Shown here: positions 53,501 through 64,000 of the stretch, piece after piece | Position numbering within the stretch: position 1 is the stretch's first letter | Layout of the letters: the number at the start of each line of letters is the position of its first letter | From: an uncultured Armatimonadetes bacterium | Lineage (GTDB): Bacteria; Armatimonadota; UBA5829; DTJY01 | DNA length: 64,000 nucleotides | Direction: 5' to 3' | NCBI GenBank assembly: GCA_963717145.1 | Contig: OY970325.1 | Span: 1,920,001 to 1,984,000 of the forward strand | Program-made: the position numbers and the translations under genes | Notes under the pieces: model-generated | Databases searched by the model: none | Seen by the model: only the letters and a program-made list of their open reading frames with translations | Told to the model about the DNA's origin: nothing

Positions 53501-54042
53501 CCCTGGTCAGATATGCTCTGCACAGCAGAGGCAACGATAGGTGGATCGGCGGACAGGGAGTTGCCATCTTCAACAACGACCGTCGCCGATACGGTAAGTG
53601 GACCGTCGTGCCGACCAGCCGTCGGGCTAGTATCCTCGACCGTACAACTGATCTCGTACACGCCCGGACTGCTGTACGTGTGACCGGACCCTCCGCCAGA
53701 ACCGCTTCCATCTCCAAAATCGTACGAATACGTGAGACTGTCTTCCACCTGTGATGTAGTCAGGACAGGCTCCATCACACAACTCCAGGTGTAGACGTAC
53801 TTGGTGTCAAAATCCTCCGGGTCGTCTTCGGTTCCCGGTTTCACCACCCGGAAATCAATCGAATCACCAGCCATAATCTGCGCCGTGTCGCTCCATTGGC
53901 TATCACTGTACACCTGCAATTCTGCACCGAATTGTGGAGCGGACTGGTACCATATGGACTGCTCGGCGAGAGCTGTACTGGCGCACCCATATACAAAGCA
54001 CAGAACAGCTAGTAGCGCGAATCCTCTTCTCTTGCAGGTCAT
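47582..54042 (-). CDS. Large secreted RHS/YD-repeat polymorphic toxin with N-terminal PKD and Ig-like domains; frameshift near 50955
   Basis: Signal peptide; PKD motifs (YDFGDGS, WDFGDGT); Ig-like repeats; YD repeats; core end GARYYDPVTGRF...YAYVGNNPVTNTDPTG; variable C-terminal domain. ORFs 50893-54057 and 47582-50977 overlap. Confidence 0.88.
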
Positions 54043-54774
54043 TATTCCCTCCCCCACCTACGGTAAGTCACGGTATCGTACGGCGCAAGAACTCACAATT
54101 GGCGGATGCCGGCGGACAATCCCGTCGAATGGCATCATTCGGAATCATATGGCACACGCCGTCATGAATGGCCCGAGCGAACGGTGGCGACTACCAAGTT
54201 CCCTCACATCCCCGGCTCTTCGGTCAGGATACGCCGAGCAATCTGATCGGATGGTCACATCATTGCGTCCCCTACTACCCTACTGAATGAATAAGACGCA
54301 GAATTCATCTCTGCTGCTTTTTCGACCAAGCATAGTACACGACGCTCGCTAGGTAACAGCGGCTACACGTTAACATACTGATGCACTCAGTGTCAACGCT
54401 GATATGGTAGCACAAGAAGAAACCTCCAGGACTGCTGTGGCCAGACAGGAACAAGCTTGCATTCGTCATCTCCCAGACACGGAACGTGGTTTGAAAACGC
54501 GGACAAGGATTCGAACAGCCGTCTCGGTGTGCCTCCCCGACTGCTCTGGTGTCCGCTTTCGAGAACTCGCCCCCCAGACCCGTAGACTCGACCAGCCGTT
54601 CCTCGCGCATCTGCTTCAGTACCTGCCGTGCCGGTCTGCTCTGCCTCATCGTTCATCTATGTTTACTATGAGTCCCGACGTTCTCACCATACCAAATCAA
54701 ATCCCCTTGCCGCTTTGTTATATCGAGGTCGGGCTTGGCATGATAAGGCGAATCCTGCCGGCAGAACCTGGCCG

Positions 54775-55977
54775 TCATCTTTCCGTGGGCTCGGTCTCGG
54801 GCACATCAACATCGGCTGTCTCTTGATCCACGAAGAGGTCGAGATAGGGTTGGTATGCGAACACACGATTCCTCTTACCAGGGCTGATCTGGCTGATCAG
54901 GCCGGCCTCCTCGAACTGAGTGACCATGTTGTTGGCCGATACCATGGTTACACGCAAGAGATCCTGCGCCGTTTTCACATTTATGATGGGGTTGTAGTAC
55001 AGCTTGTCGAGTAGCCGTAATCCATTCGCAGCGCCCCGGAATCCATCAACCAGTCGCCGATGCTCTTCGCGCAGGCTGATAACCCGCTTTGCCGTATCCG
55101 TCGCTTGACGTGATACCTCATACACCCCCCGAAGAAAGAACTTGAGCCAGCCCTCCCAGTCGCCCTTGAGCCTGACTGCCATCAACCGGTCGTAGTACTC
55201 CTGACGGTTCTGCTTGAAGTAGTAGCTGAGGTAGAGCAATGGCTGACTGAGAATCCCCTGCTCGCACAGCATCAGCGTGATAAGAAGCCGCCCGATGCGG
55301 CCGTTGCCGTCGAGAAATGGGTGGATCGTCTCAAACTGAGCATGCACAAGCCCCATCTTCAGCAAGACCGGCATAGGCGATGGATTGTGTATGAACAACT
55401 CCAGATCACCGATGGCCGTTCCCATTTCCTGCGGTGGAGGTGGGACGAACGTCGCTTGCAGCAAGGAACAGCCGCCGGGGCCGATCCAGTTCTGGCTCTT
55501 CCGAAACTCCCCAGGTTCGCGCTCGCCGCCCCTGACTCCTTCGAGCAATACGGCGTGAATGTCACGAATCAGCCGCAGAGAGATGGGCAGTTCTTGCAGC
55601 CGATCTATGCCGTAGTTGACCGCGCGAACATAATTCACGACCTCGCCGATATCCGCCGGCAGGTTTCGGGTGGCTCGCTCCGACTCATACTCCAGAAGAT
55701 CTACCAGGGAGGCCTGAGTGCCTTCGATCTGCGAACTGAGCACCGCCTCCTTGCGGACGTACATGGCAACGAACAGATCCGGATTGGGCAGAAGCTCGGC
55801 CATCGCGTCCAGGCGCGCCAGTGCCCGGTCTGCGTCGGACATGTGCTTCAGCAGATCCATGTCCATGCTGATCGGCGGGTCGGGCGGGAGAGGCTTGGGG
55901 ATGAATGCTCGATACCGCATCTCGCCGGTCAGTTGGTTTACATATACTCCAGTTCGCGTAGACTCCTGTGTCGTCAT
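54775..55977 (-). CDS. Fic family protein
   Basis: HPFLDGNGRIGR; EAVLSSQIEGT; C-terminal winged helix. Confidence 0.95.
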   Translation of the reverse strand: MTTQESTRTGVYVNQLTGEMRYRAFIPKPLPPDPPISMDMDLLKHMSDADRALARLDAMAELLPNPDLFVAMYVRKEAVLSSQIEGTQASLVDLLEYESERATRNLPADIGEVVNYVRAVNYGIDRLQELPISLRLIRDIHAVLLEGVRGGEREPGEFRKSQNWIGPGGCSLLQATFVPPPPQEMGTAIGDLELFIHNPSPMPVLLKMGLVHAQFETIHPFLDGNGRIGRLLITLMLCEQGILSQPLLYLSYYFKQNRQEYYDRLMAVRLKGDWEGWLKFFLRGVYEVSRQATDTAKRVISLREEHRRLVDGFRGAANGLRLLDKLYYNPIINVKTAQDLLRVTMVSANNMVTQFEEAGLISQISPGKRNRVFAYQPYLDLFVDQETADVDVPETEPTER

Positions 55978-56132
55978 AGTTCACCTGCGTTTAGCATGCG
56001 AGTGTTCGCGCGTCCATAATAAAGCGCAGACCCGGTTTACTTTACCATGATAGCACTTCCGCCCGGCGGAGTAAAGCGCTGGTTCGCTGTCGCCAATCGC
56101 GGGAATGAGTTGTCCTGGAGACAACTCAGGCA

Positions 56133-56484
56133 TCACTCTTCCTCCTCAGCTCCCCCACCGCTGTCCCGGCCCATGCGGTACTTGATGTCAGCGGTCTGGC
56201 GTTTGGCAATGCAGGCACTCACCAGGTACTCACCAGGTACTCATCAGGTACTCAGCGGCCGGCAGCAACCGCCCTCTTCAGTATCGGCACGGTTTCGATC
56301 TCCTGCCTGGGCGGCAGATCAGGCAGATCGTTATATGGAATCGAACGATCGTAGACCATGCAGCTATTCCTCATCTCCCTCATCGCCACCCTTGCCCATG
56401 CGGTACTTGATGTCGTAGTTGGTGATGAAGTCCAGTTCCTCGTCCGTGAAGCCGAAGTGCTTGGCCAGGACACGGTCGATCTAG
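56133..56484 (-). pseudogene. Two 3'-end remnants of a type IIG/Eco57I-like RM gene, plus a Fic N-terminal fragment
   Basis: IDRVLAKHFGFTDEELDFITNYDIKYRMGKGGDEGDEE* and DIKYRMGRDSGGGAEEEE*; fragment MVYDRSIPYNDLPDLPP (56252-56359); 4 x 11-bp caggtactcac-like repeats (56212-56255). Confidence 0.65.
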
Positions 56485-56710
56485 CGCATTGCTATCTTGT
56501 ATCCAACTTGGCCAGTACAAGGTTGCCAAGCTCACCTGATAGGAAGGACATCATGGTCTGTTGTCAGGGGTCCTGGATAGGTTCGCGATGGACTCCATGG
56601 CAGCGCGTACCGACACCAGCGGTAGCTACCTGGCGACGTGAGCAAACCCTTCAGCTGGTCCCGTTCAGCAAGTGGACTGCAGTATCCATGATGATCAGCG
56701 GTTCCCGAAC

Positions 56711-56989
56711 CTACTGCTGCTCGTGACCGCTGGCGGCCTGCTTGCGAGCCAGTTGCCCCTTGCCCGCCGCCGTAAGATACCAACGGATGTCACTTGACTC
56801 ACCGATTCGTCCCACAAGACCTTTTTCCTTCAACGTCTCAAGCGTCTTCTTGAGGTCATCCTCTTCTATCGGCCTATCCCGCGTAGGAGGCTGCCGCAAC
56901 CCAGCCAGAATGCCTGGGATGGAGCGCAGCTTGTACTTGGTCGACTTGAGAGCCTTCAGGACTTCCTTCTCTCTCCGATCTAGCGCCAC
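56711..56989 (-). CDS. Winged-helix-like fragment, probably 5'-truncated
   Basis: VLKALKS.KYKLRSI.GI...L..L.EKGLV......WYLT..G; no clear RBS; frame closed by a TAG at about 57005. Confidence 0.45.
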   Translation of the reverse strand: MALDRREKEVLKALKSTKYKLRSIPGILAGLRQPPTRDRPIEEDDLKKTLETLKEKGLVGRIGESSDIRWYLTAAGKGQLARKQAASGHEQQ

Positions 56990-57030
56990 AAGCCGCTCAG
57001 ATTCCTAGCCGAAGACCGGAGTTCGAGCGC

Positions 57031-58551
57031 ATGTTGGAGATGGCGAAGTCTGACCGTCAGGTGACGGCCATTCTTGTCCACGATCTCTCCCGATTCTCAA
57101 GGGACAGCTATGACGCCAAGGGGTGGATTCGTGAACTCACCAAGGCAGGCGTCCGCGTTATCTCCCTTAGCGACCCTTACATCGATCCCGAGTCGGTGGC
57201 AGGTGTCTACATGGAGGCGATCACCTTCGCCAAGAACGAGGCATACAGCCGGGAGATCGCTTTCCACACGAAGAAGGGCTGTCGCTCGAACATTCAGACT
57301 CGTGACGAGGAAACCGGCTGGTGCTACAAGAACGGCGGTCAGCCCATGTGGGGCTATCGCTCGGAACGTCTTCAGCGAGGACAGATGAAGAAGAACCGCC
57401 CGCTCATCAAGTGCATCTGGGTATTGGACGATACCGTAATGGCGGGAAAGCAGGTTCATGAATGGGCAAAGGACTGCCTTGAACTGGCCTTGCAGGGCGC
57501 GTCCCTCGATGACCTCCGAGACTACTGCAACGATCACGGCATCCCTGCTCCTCGACAGCAATATTGGGGTTCGACGACTTGGAACAGCCTCCTCCATCCA
57601 CATTCCCTGCTGCAGTACGCCGGGTACGGTGTCTGGAATGTCCGGGGCAAGAACCAGCGCTGGAACCCGCCCAGTGAGTGGGTTCTCGTGCCCAATGCCC
57701 ATCCGGCGCTCATAACAGAGGAGGAGGCGAAGGCCATACTCGAACGTCGCCAGGGTAAGTCCACGAGGAGATTCGACAAAGGATCGAACCGCAGCCAAAG
57801 CTCTCCATACCTGCTGAGTGGAGGCATGTTCACATGTGGCCAGTGCGGAAGCAACATGGTCGGTTTCATGAAGAACCGGGACAGCCACTACTACATCTGC
57901 AATACCCACCCGAACAGGAAGGGACTAGGCTGTGGACCTAGCGTCTACGTGCCGAAGGACGAGATCGAGAGCGCAGTGATCTCAGGGCTAAGAAATGTCC
58001 TCTCCGTCTGTGCAGACCCGAAGGGCATGATACGCGATGTCAACGATGAGTTGCGGGGTATCTGGGAGGAATCCCACGGGATCGACCCAGCCGTTGAACT
58101 CCACCTATCGGAAGCAGAGGCGAAGATCGCCAACATCAGGAAGGCGATCGAGGAAGGCTTAGCCGATACCGCATGGGCAAACCAGCGCCTACGGGAGCTG
58201 CTCTCCGAACGCGAGCAGTTCGCCTCCATGCTCAAGACCACACAGCAGCCTCCACAGATTGACATTGAGTCAGCAAGGGCACACGGACGACTAGTAGATC
58301 AGGTATTCGCCGAAGGCAGTCCGGCGGAGAAAAAGCGGGCAATAAGGCCGTGGGTGGCACAACTAAAACTGGCTCCGGAAGACCTGGCGATCGATATTCT
58401 CTACCAGATCCCGGAGCCGGTTGTAGTTAGCATGGGAGCGGGGGCATGCTCCGAAGGCTTCAACAATCTCCTCGGGAAGACGGAGTCCGTGACCTTCCTC
58501 TACTATCCGGGCACGTGCAACCGCCCGCCGAGGTTGGAGGTCGTGAGCTAG
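57031..58551 (+). pseudogene. Large serine recombinase lacking its N-terminal catalytic serine motif
   Basis: RPEFERML, VHDLSRFSR, GG.P.WGY, HPALI, YLLSG...CGQCGSNM, YYIC and a coiled coil. No YxRxS upstream, and an in-frame TGA at 56947. Confidence 0.85.
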
Positions 58552-58862
58552 GGCATGCTCCGTCAGTATGCACCGCCAGTGCTCGCGGCTTGGATGATCA
58601 GGCGGTGTCGGTTAGCGAAGAATGGCCCTGCCGTCCGTCCTATCTGCGAGGGATGATGTCGAAGATATGAGCGCGCCGCCCGGACGGCACGTCATATCGC
58701 CCCATACCCGTTCTGGTGGTACGACTTAGCAGGCAGCTCGTAGTCCGCTCAGGGCGTCACGGAATTGTCCCATTCCCGATCTCCAGTCCTCGGATGGCTC
58801 TATGCCTTCTCTCAGGTATGGAAGAGGGGGAGAAGTGGATCTTCTCCCCCTCTCGTTGTCTG

Positions 58863-61800
58863 CTACCTTGCCAGGCACTCGGCATAGAAGTCGTCGTAGA
58901 GATAGAGCATCTCTTGGTTACTCATCCACACCCCTGCTCTGCCTGCCGGAAGCGGAGATGTATCGGTGGCAACCAGACTCCAGGTCGCGGGTTCGTTCGT
59001 ACCGAAGCCCCAATGCTTGGCTTTTATGGTATCGCCTTCTACCTTGATCCGCAATACCGCCTGCGATGAGCTTTGCTCCACGTCCTCGGAATCAAGAACA
59101 GTCCTGACCCCACTCTCGTATCTCTCCAGACGGCACTCGGCGTCCGTCACGGACCATGTGACGGCATAGAAGGTATTGTAGCTGCTCGCCCTCACAATCA
59201 GGGCAGCAGTACCGCCGAAGTCGGCTGTTTCCAGCTCTACGGTGGCATCCATGTCGATGGCCCTCTGAGTGAGGAGGGAGGTGCCGGCCGTCATACCGCC
59301 GAATCCAGGCTCCACACAGGCCCTGTCGTTGCTTACATAGAGACACACCGTCTGGTTCCAGGGGTCTCCAGTCAGGAAGTTCAGAGAACTCCAAGGACCG
59401 CCGAGGTCAGCCGTGCCCCAGGTGTCCCATAGGGAACGAGTAAACGAATCCCGGCCCAGGATGCGGAAGTTCCCGGATCTCTGGTTGTCTCCATGGAAGG
59501 TAGGCCATGGGAACAGGTTGGCAGGTTTGCCGGAGGTATCGCCGGCAACTTCCCAACGGTAGACTCGTCCGTTATCAGTGGCAGCCACGATGTCCCAGTA
59601 GCCGTCTCCATCCATGTTACCGACGGCAGCAGTCGATCGCACAGGTCCAGTTACAGTCTTCGGCCATCCGCTCAGAACGGTCGCATCGTTGTTGAACGCA
59701 TGGACCTTGCCGTCATATGACCCGACGATGACTTCCAGGGCATCATCGCCGTCGATATCGGCAAGCACTGGCGACGATGAGCGATAGGTGTAGTCTTGAG
59801 GTACGCTCGCCCCGAGGTTCGGTACTGGATACCATCCCGACGTCAGCGAGCCTGCCGGGCTTCGACTTACTACATAGCCATTGTCTATGACGTACACGAT
59901 ATCCAATGCCCCATTGCAGTCAATGTCACCGATGGCTGGGGAGGACTGAATGCCCGTATTCTTGAGATGCGGCCATCCAGACAGGTACTGACCGTACCGG
60001 TCCAGAACTGCGACCGCAGACTGTCCTCCACCTCCATAGCGGTGAGTCGTCACCACTATCTCCAGCTTGCCGTCGTTGTTGACGTTGGCGAGAGCCGGGC
60101 TGCTCGTGATCGCGCCCAGCTGCAGGCCGTACTCAAACTCCGGCCAGGTCTCGAGTGGCGTGCCATCGGCCTCCCAGACCCACAGGAACCCAGCGGAGTC
60201 ACCTGCGACGACTTCCAGAGTGCCGTCACCGTCGATGTCGCCCAGTGCCGGAGTCCCGTACACGGGATCCCCCGCATTCTGCGGCCACCCTGTGAGCATC
60301 GTTCCATCGTACTCATAAGCAGCCACGGCCATGTAGCCTGAGCCGAGCACTATCTCCAGTGTCCCGTCATTGTTCAGATCTCCCAAGGCGGGGCTTGAGT
60401 AATAGACGCCATCGTCGTGTGAGGTCGGCCACCCGGACATCAGAGTGCCGTCCGACTCGAACGCATACGCCGTTCCGTCGCCGACAGCTACTACTTCGAG
60501 TTGCCCATCGGCATCGATATCTCCCACAGACGCAGCGTCGTTTATCGCGCCGGCGAGAGTCTTGGGCCAGCCGGACAACTCACTCCCATCGGCCTCGAAC
60601 GCATGGAGGACGCCATCCTCGGAACCGACGATGGTCTCATCCTGTCCATCTCCATCCAGGTCCGCGAGAGTCGTGCAGCCGGTGACTCCGTCAGTGAGCT
60701 GCAGCACGTCAGCAGTCACCGACGTAAGCCCGCCGGTATCTGAGGAAGCGCTATACTTTCCGGTGCCGGCGAACTCCACTGTGACCGTGAATGTGCCTGT
60801 TTCTGTCGGTGTGTAGTTCACTTCAGCGACACCCGACTCATCCGTGCTCGACGATCCGACTGTAGTGCCTTCCACCTTGAAGACGAGCGTCTTGTTGGCG
60901 AGAGGCGCGTTGCAGTCAGTTCGCTTCAGCACTGCACTCAGAGTCACCTCTTCGTCCTCGTGTGTCCAAGTGTCCGATACCGTGACACTGGTCGCGAGCG
61001 TACTGAAGTTATGATCGAAAAAGCCCGTTCTCTCATTGTTGCCGTGGAACGTGGTCCATGGGAACAGGTCGGCCGGATTGTACGCGGTGTTCCCACCGAT
61101 CTCCCAGCGATACAACCCTCCGTCATTGGACCCAACGACCACTTCCCAGAGGCCGTCACCGTCCAGGTTGCCTACTGCGGGAGTCGATTTGATCGGTCCC
61201 CCTGTCGCCTTGGGCCAGCCCGAAATGAGAGATCCGTTTGAGTCGAAGGCATAGAGCTTGCCGTCTTCACACCCAACCAGAACCTCGAGGAGCGAGTCGC
61301 CATCGAAGTCGGCCAGGATCGGGGACGACTGCCTGGCTGAGTAGTCATAGGGCGTGACAGTACCCATATCGGGCACCGTCCAGCCGGATGTCAGCGCTCC
61401 CGAGGCAGTGATCGAGTAAACCCGACCATTCATGCCGACGAACACGATATCTACCGCGCCGTTGCCGTCAACATCGCCAATCGCAGGAGAGGCCAGGATG
61501 TCTGTGGCGGGGTTGAGTGGCCAGCCACTGACGTACGACCCATCCTCGTTGAGCGCTATGAAGTGACCTCCCAAGCCCCATTTGGTCGTGCCGAGAACGA
61601 TCTCCGTCTTGCCGTCATTATCGAGATCGACCAGAGCAGGACCGGCTAAGTAGGCTCCGAGTCCCAGCCTGAGAAGACGATCCTGGAAATTGGGGTCTGT
61701 AGGCCAGGTTGAGAGAATGGAACCGTCTCCATTCCATACACAGATGGCACCGGAAACGTCGCCGGCAACCACTTCCAGATGGTCGTCTCCATCTATGTCT

Positions 61801-64000
61801 CCCAGTGCGGGTGTGCACTCTACCTTTTCAGTCATAGACTTGGGCCACCCGGTGGCGACACTACCGTTCGAGTTGAACGCACACACACCGTACATCGTGC
61901 CTACGACAACCTCCAGGAGGTCATCTCCATCTATGTCACCCAGCACCGGAACTGTGAGCGGACTGGTGGCTTCGTTTCCTCCAGCGGTGAACATGGTGCT
62001 TCCATCGGCTCTGAGTGCGTAGAGCAGTTCGGGGCCCGAAACCACGATCTCAGGTGCATCGTCTGCATCCAGATCGCCGACTGCAGGGGCGTGATTGAGG
62101 GGAACCCCAAGATCAGCTATCTCGGTTGCGGTTCCATCTGCGCTCACCTTCAGTACCTGACCCTCACCGGTGCAGATAATGGCTTCGAAGACACCGTCGT
62201 CGTCCAGATCCGCGATCGCCGGTGACGAGTACACCTTCTCGTCGCTCACTACAACCGGCCAGCCATTCTGGACCGCAGCCATGACGTAGCCGCTGATCGT
62301 ATCGGATGTCAGTCCGGTACTCTCGGCAGTCACCTCCACCTGACCGGGTACCGATCCCGCGCGCAGAGTGATCTCGACCTGGCCATCGGTCGGCGTGGCC
62401 GGATTGGAGCCCTCGAAGGTGCAGAGACTCGCCCCCTCCGAGAGGGTGAAGGTAACGGGATTCGTCGCTGCTTCCGCGACTCGGTCGTACTCATCGAGCA
62501 GGATGGCACTCAGTATCATTGTCTCCGTGCCATCTGCGTGCAGCCTGATCATCTGCTGCTCGATATCTATCCACGTTGCGGGCCTCGGGGTTGCCACGAA
62601 GCTGCCGAGAGCATTGCTGCCTATCGCCGTGATGCCCAGATCATTGGTCACCCCGGTAGCTCCCAACGTGTATTCCGTGTCGGGCGTCTGCTCATCGGTA
62701 GTCAGCCGGATGGTCAGCGGGTCCTGGGAGAAAACAGATGCGGAGAGCACATCGATGCCGGCGTTGATATAGTAGTTGGCGGCATCGAGGGCACTGTCTT
62801 CATCCACTTCGCCCGAGAAGACGACATCGATATGAGTATCGTCCACCCAGAGAACCAGGCTGACCGAGGGCCTGCTGCTGACCAGAACGGTGCTCGGATC
62901 CGGATCGATCGCCCCTCCGGCCAGACCGACGACATCGCTGACTTCCAGGGTGTTGCCGGGAATGAGCCACTGAACGCTCACCACCGTTTCGTTGCCGAAG
63001 TTCAGCAGCGACGACCAGGGGAGCGGATTGGAGTCCCGCTCGTATGTGCCACTCTGAGTATTCACCGGCCGGCTGAAGAGCACGTCTGCATAGCCGCTTG
63101 CTGAACTGCAGCAGCCCAGCAGCGTCAACGCATCGGTGTTGAATGAGCACGTGTCCTGCGCAACGGGATTCCCTGCCAAGTCGGTGATTCCTGACATGGT
63201 AACCGTGTATGTGAGGTCGCTTGTCAGCGAAGATGTGGTCAGAGTTACCTCGGTCCGATCCGGGCGCTCGACCGCTACCGCGCTCGACACCGTGGCACCG
63301 TTGTCGAGCTGGTAGTTCGTAGATATCTCGCTGGTCGTGGGGTCCAGTCGTTCGGTGAACCATAGCTGGACATGCGTCGCGTCCGAATGGTAGGCGTTCA
63401 TGACCCCGGGGCCGGTCATCTCCGGACCAACGCCTGACTTCCTGGCGTTCTGCTGGAATACGGGCCACATCAACGCGTCATCCGTATACGACTCATGGAT
63501 CTCCCAGCAGTTGATCTTAGACTCATCGGACATGAGCACCTCGAGGTACCCATCCCCGTCGATATCCGCAATGCTGGGAGCAGTCCCCCCCGAAGACTCG
63601 CCGAGGGGCAGCGGCCAGCCCGGTGGCTCAAGGCCGTTTGCTTTCTTTGCATGGAGAACCTGATCGTACGGCGCGGTGAATAGTATCTCACCGCAGCCGT
63701 CATCATCAAGATCGACTATGCTGGGAGCGCCAAGTGTGCTCGCAGACGATATGGGTTGATGCTCAGTTCCATCCAGAGCGAATGTACGAATTCCACTCAT
63801 CTTGGAGAGCACTATTTCCGGCAGATCGCTGTCACGCACGTTGCCGACGGCCATTCCATGGGTGGGCCCGTAACCCGTACTCACAGGCCAGTCGGATCCC
63901 GAAGGCGGCGTTGCGTTTGCCTTCAAAGCGGTGATTCCGAATGTCCACGATACCACTGCCTCCAGTGCGCCGTCCGAGTCCACATCCACCAGAATGGGGA
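58863..64000 (-). CDS. Very large FG-GAP/VCBS repeat protein with Ig-like domains; 5' part lies outside the window
   Basis: Many SSPA(I/L)GD(I/L)DGDG.LE(V/I)V and GWP repeats; three WP.F...N.RSG-type module ends; Ig-like stretches. Confidence 0.9.
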   Translation of the reverse strand, partial: PILVDVDSDGALEAVVSWTFGITALKANATPPSGSDWPVSTGYGPTHGMAVGNVRDSDLPEIVLSKMSGIRTFALDGTEHQPISSASTLGAPSIVDLDDDGCGEILFTAPYDQVLHAKKANGLEPPGWPLPLGESSGGTAPSIADIDGDGYLEVLMSDESKINCWEIHESYTDDALMWPVFQQNARKSGVGPEMTGPGVMNAYHSDATHVQLWFTERLDPTTSEISTNYQLDNGATVSSAVAVERPDRTEVTLTTSSLTSDLTYTVTMSGITDLAGNPVAQDTCSFNTDALTLLGCCSSASGYADVLFSRPVNTQSGTYERDSNPLPWSSLLNFGNETVVSVQWLIPGNTLEVSDVVGLAGGAIDPDPSTVLVSSRPSVSLVLWVDDTHIDVVFSGEVDEDSALDAANYYINAGIDVLSASVFSQDPLTIRLTTDEQTPDTEYTLGATGVTNDLGITAIGSNALGSFVATPRPATWIDIEQQMIRLHADGTETMILSAILLDEYDRVAEAATNPVTFTLSEGASLCTFEGSNPATPTDGQVEITLRAGSVPGQVEVTAESTGLTSDTISGYVMAAVQNGWPVVVSDEKVYSSPAIADLDDDGVFEAIICTGEGQVLKVSADGTATEIADLGVPLNHAPAVGDLDADDAPEIVVSGPELLYALRADGSTMFTAGGNEATSPLTVPVLGDIDGDDLLEVVVGTMYGVCAFNSNGSVATGWPKSMTEKVECTPALGDIDGDDHLEVVAGDVSGAICVWNGDGSILSTWPTDPNFQDRLLRLGLGAYLAGPALVDLDNDGKTEIVLGTTKWGLGGHFIALNEDGSYVSGWPLNPATDILASPAIGDVDGNGAVDIVFVGMNGRVYSITASGALTSGWTVPDMGTVTPYDYSARQSSPILADFDGDSLLEVLVGCEDGKLYAFDSNGSLISGWPKATGGPIKSTPAVGNLDGDGLWEVVVGSNDGGLYRWEIGGNTAYNPADLFPWTTFHGNNERTGFFDHNFSTLATSVTVSDTWTHEDEEVTLSAVLKRTDCNAPLANKTLVFKVEGTTVGSSSTDESGVAEVNYTPTETGTFTVTVEFAGTGKYSASSDTGGLTSVTADVLQLTDGVTGCTTLADLDGDGQDETIVGSEDGVLHAFEADGSELSGWPKTLAGAINDAASVGDIDADGQLEVVAVGDGTAYAFESDGTLMSGWPTSHDDGVYYSSPALGDLNNDGTLEIVLGSGYMAVAAYEYDGTMLTGWPQNAGDPVYGTPALGDIDGDGTLEVVAGDSAGFLWVWEADGTPLETWPEFEYGLQLGAITSSPALANVNNDGKLEIVVTTHRYGGGGQSAVAVLDRYGQYLSGWPHLKNTGIQSSPAIGDIDCNGALDIVYVIDNGYVVSRSPAGSLTSGWYPVPNLGASVPQDYTYRSSSPVLADIDGDDALEVIVGSYDGKVHAFNNDATVLSGWPKTVTGPVRSTAAVGNMDGDGYWDIVAATDNGRVYRWEVAGDTSGKPANLFPWPTFHGDNQRSGNFRILGRDSFTRSLWDTWGTADLGGPWSSLNFLTGDPWNQTVCLYVSNDRACVEPGFGGMTAGTSLLTQRAIDMDATVELETADFGGTAALIVRASSYNTFYAVTWSVTDAECRLERYESGVRTVLDSEDVEQSSSQAVLRIKVEGDTIKAKHWGFGTNEPATWSLVATDTSPLPAGRAGVWMSNQEMLYLYDDFYAECLAR

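Larger units (their letters stand above)
35764..58445. mobile_element. Putative integrated genomic island bounded by the 13-bp direct repeat TGGGAGCGGGGGC
   Basis: Repeat at 35764-35776 and 58433-58445, the latter inside the recombinase 3' end; cargo of IS elements, RHS, Fic and RM debris; visibly lower GC. Confidence 0.5.

Noticed and set aside
54305-54656. ORFs between the RHS and Fic genes
   Set aside because: Short and overlapping with no convincing motifs; at most a winged-helix remnant (ARQVLKQMREERLVESTG).

Overview
GC-rich bacterial window. The inferred phylum is Armatimonadota, from the PEP-CTERM proteins, an 'AAILFPVFARAR' pilin-like protein, a DUF6785-like membrane protein and a shared C-terminal surface-protein domain. 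Positions 1-35.7 kb hold secreted and glycan-active proteins: GHL10, GH106-like, a phosphodiester glycosidase, CBM9/DUF5916, an amidase, a GH29 fucosidase, two sulfatases, a sialidase-like protein and a GH20-zincin protein. The same stretch has a radical SAM gene, an ECF sigma factor, several families of palindromic REP-like repeats and several small leader ORFs. Positions 35.76-58.45 kb look like a decayed island bounded by a 13-bp direct repeat that lies inside the 3' end of a truncated serine recombinase. The island carries IS1182, a dead IS66, a PocR/5xGAF kinase-REC-REC/kinase-like operon, a giant PKD/Ig-RHS toxin with duplicated immunity genes, a Fic gene and restriction-modification debris. 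A large FG-GAP protein runs off the right end. Most notable: (i) two paralogous helical+FN3-like genes, each directly preceded by about 8 degenerate 21-bp repeats of unrelated sequence; (ii) a candidate type I toxin-antitoxin locus; (iii) an att-like repeat whose recombination would swap equal-length integrase C-terminal tails. Several single-base frameshifts suggest assembly indels. No rRNA, tRNA or CRISPR array was seen. All family assignments come from motif recognition by eye, not from database searches.
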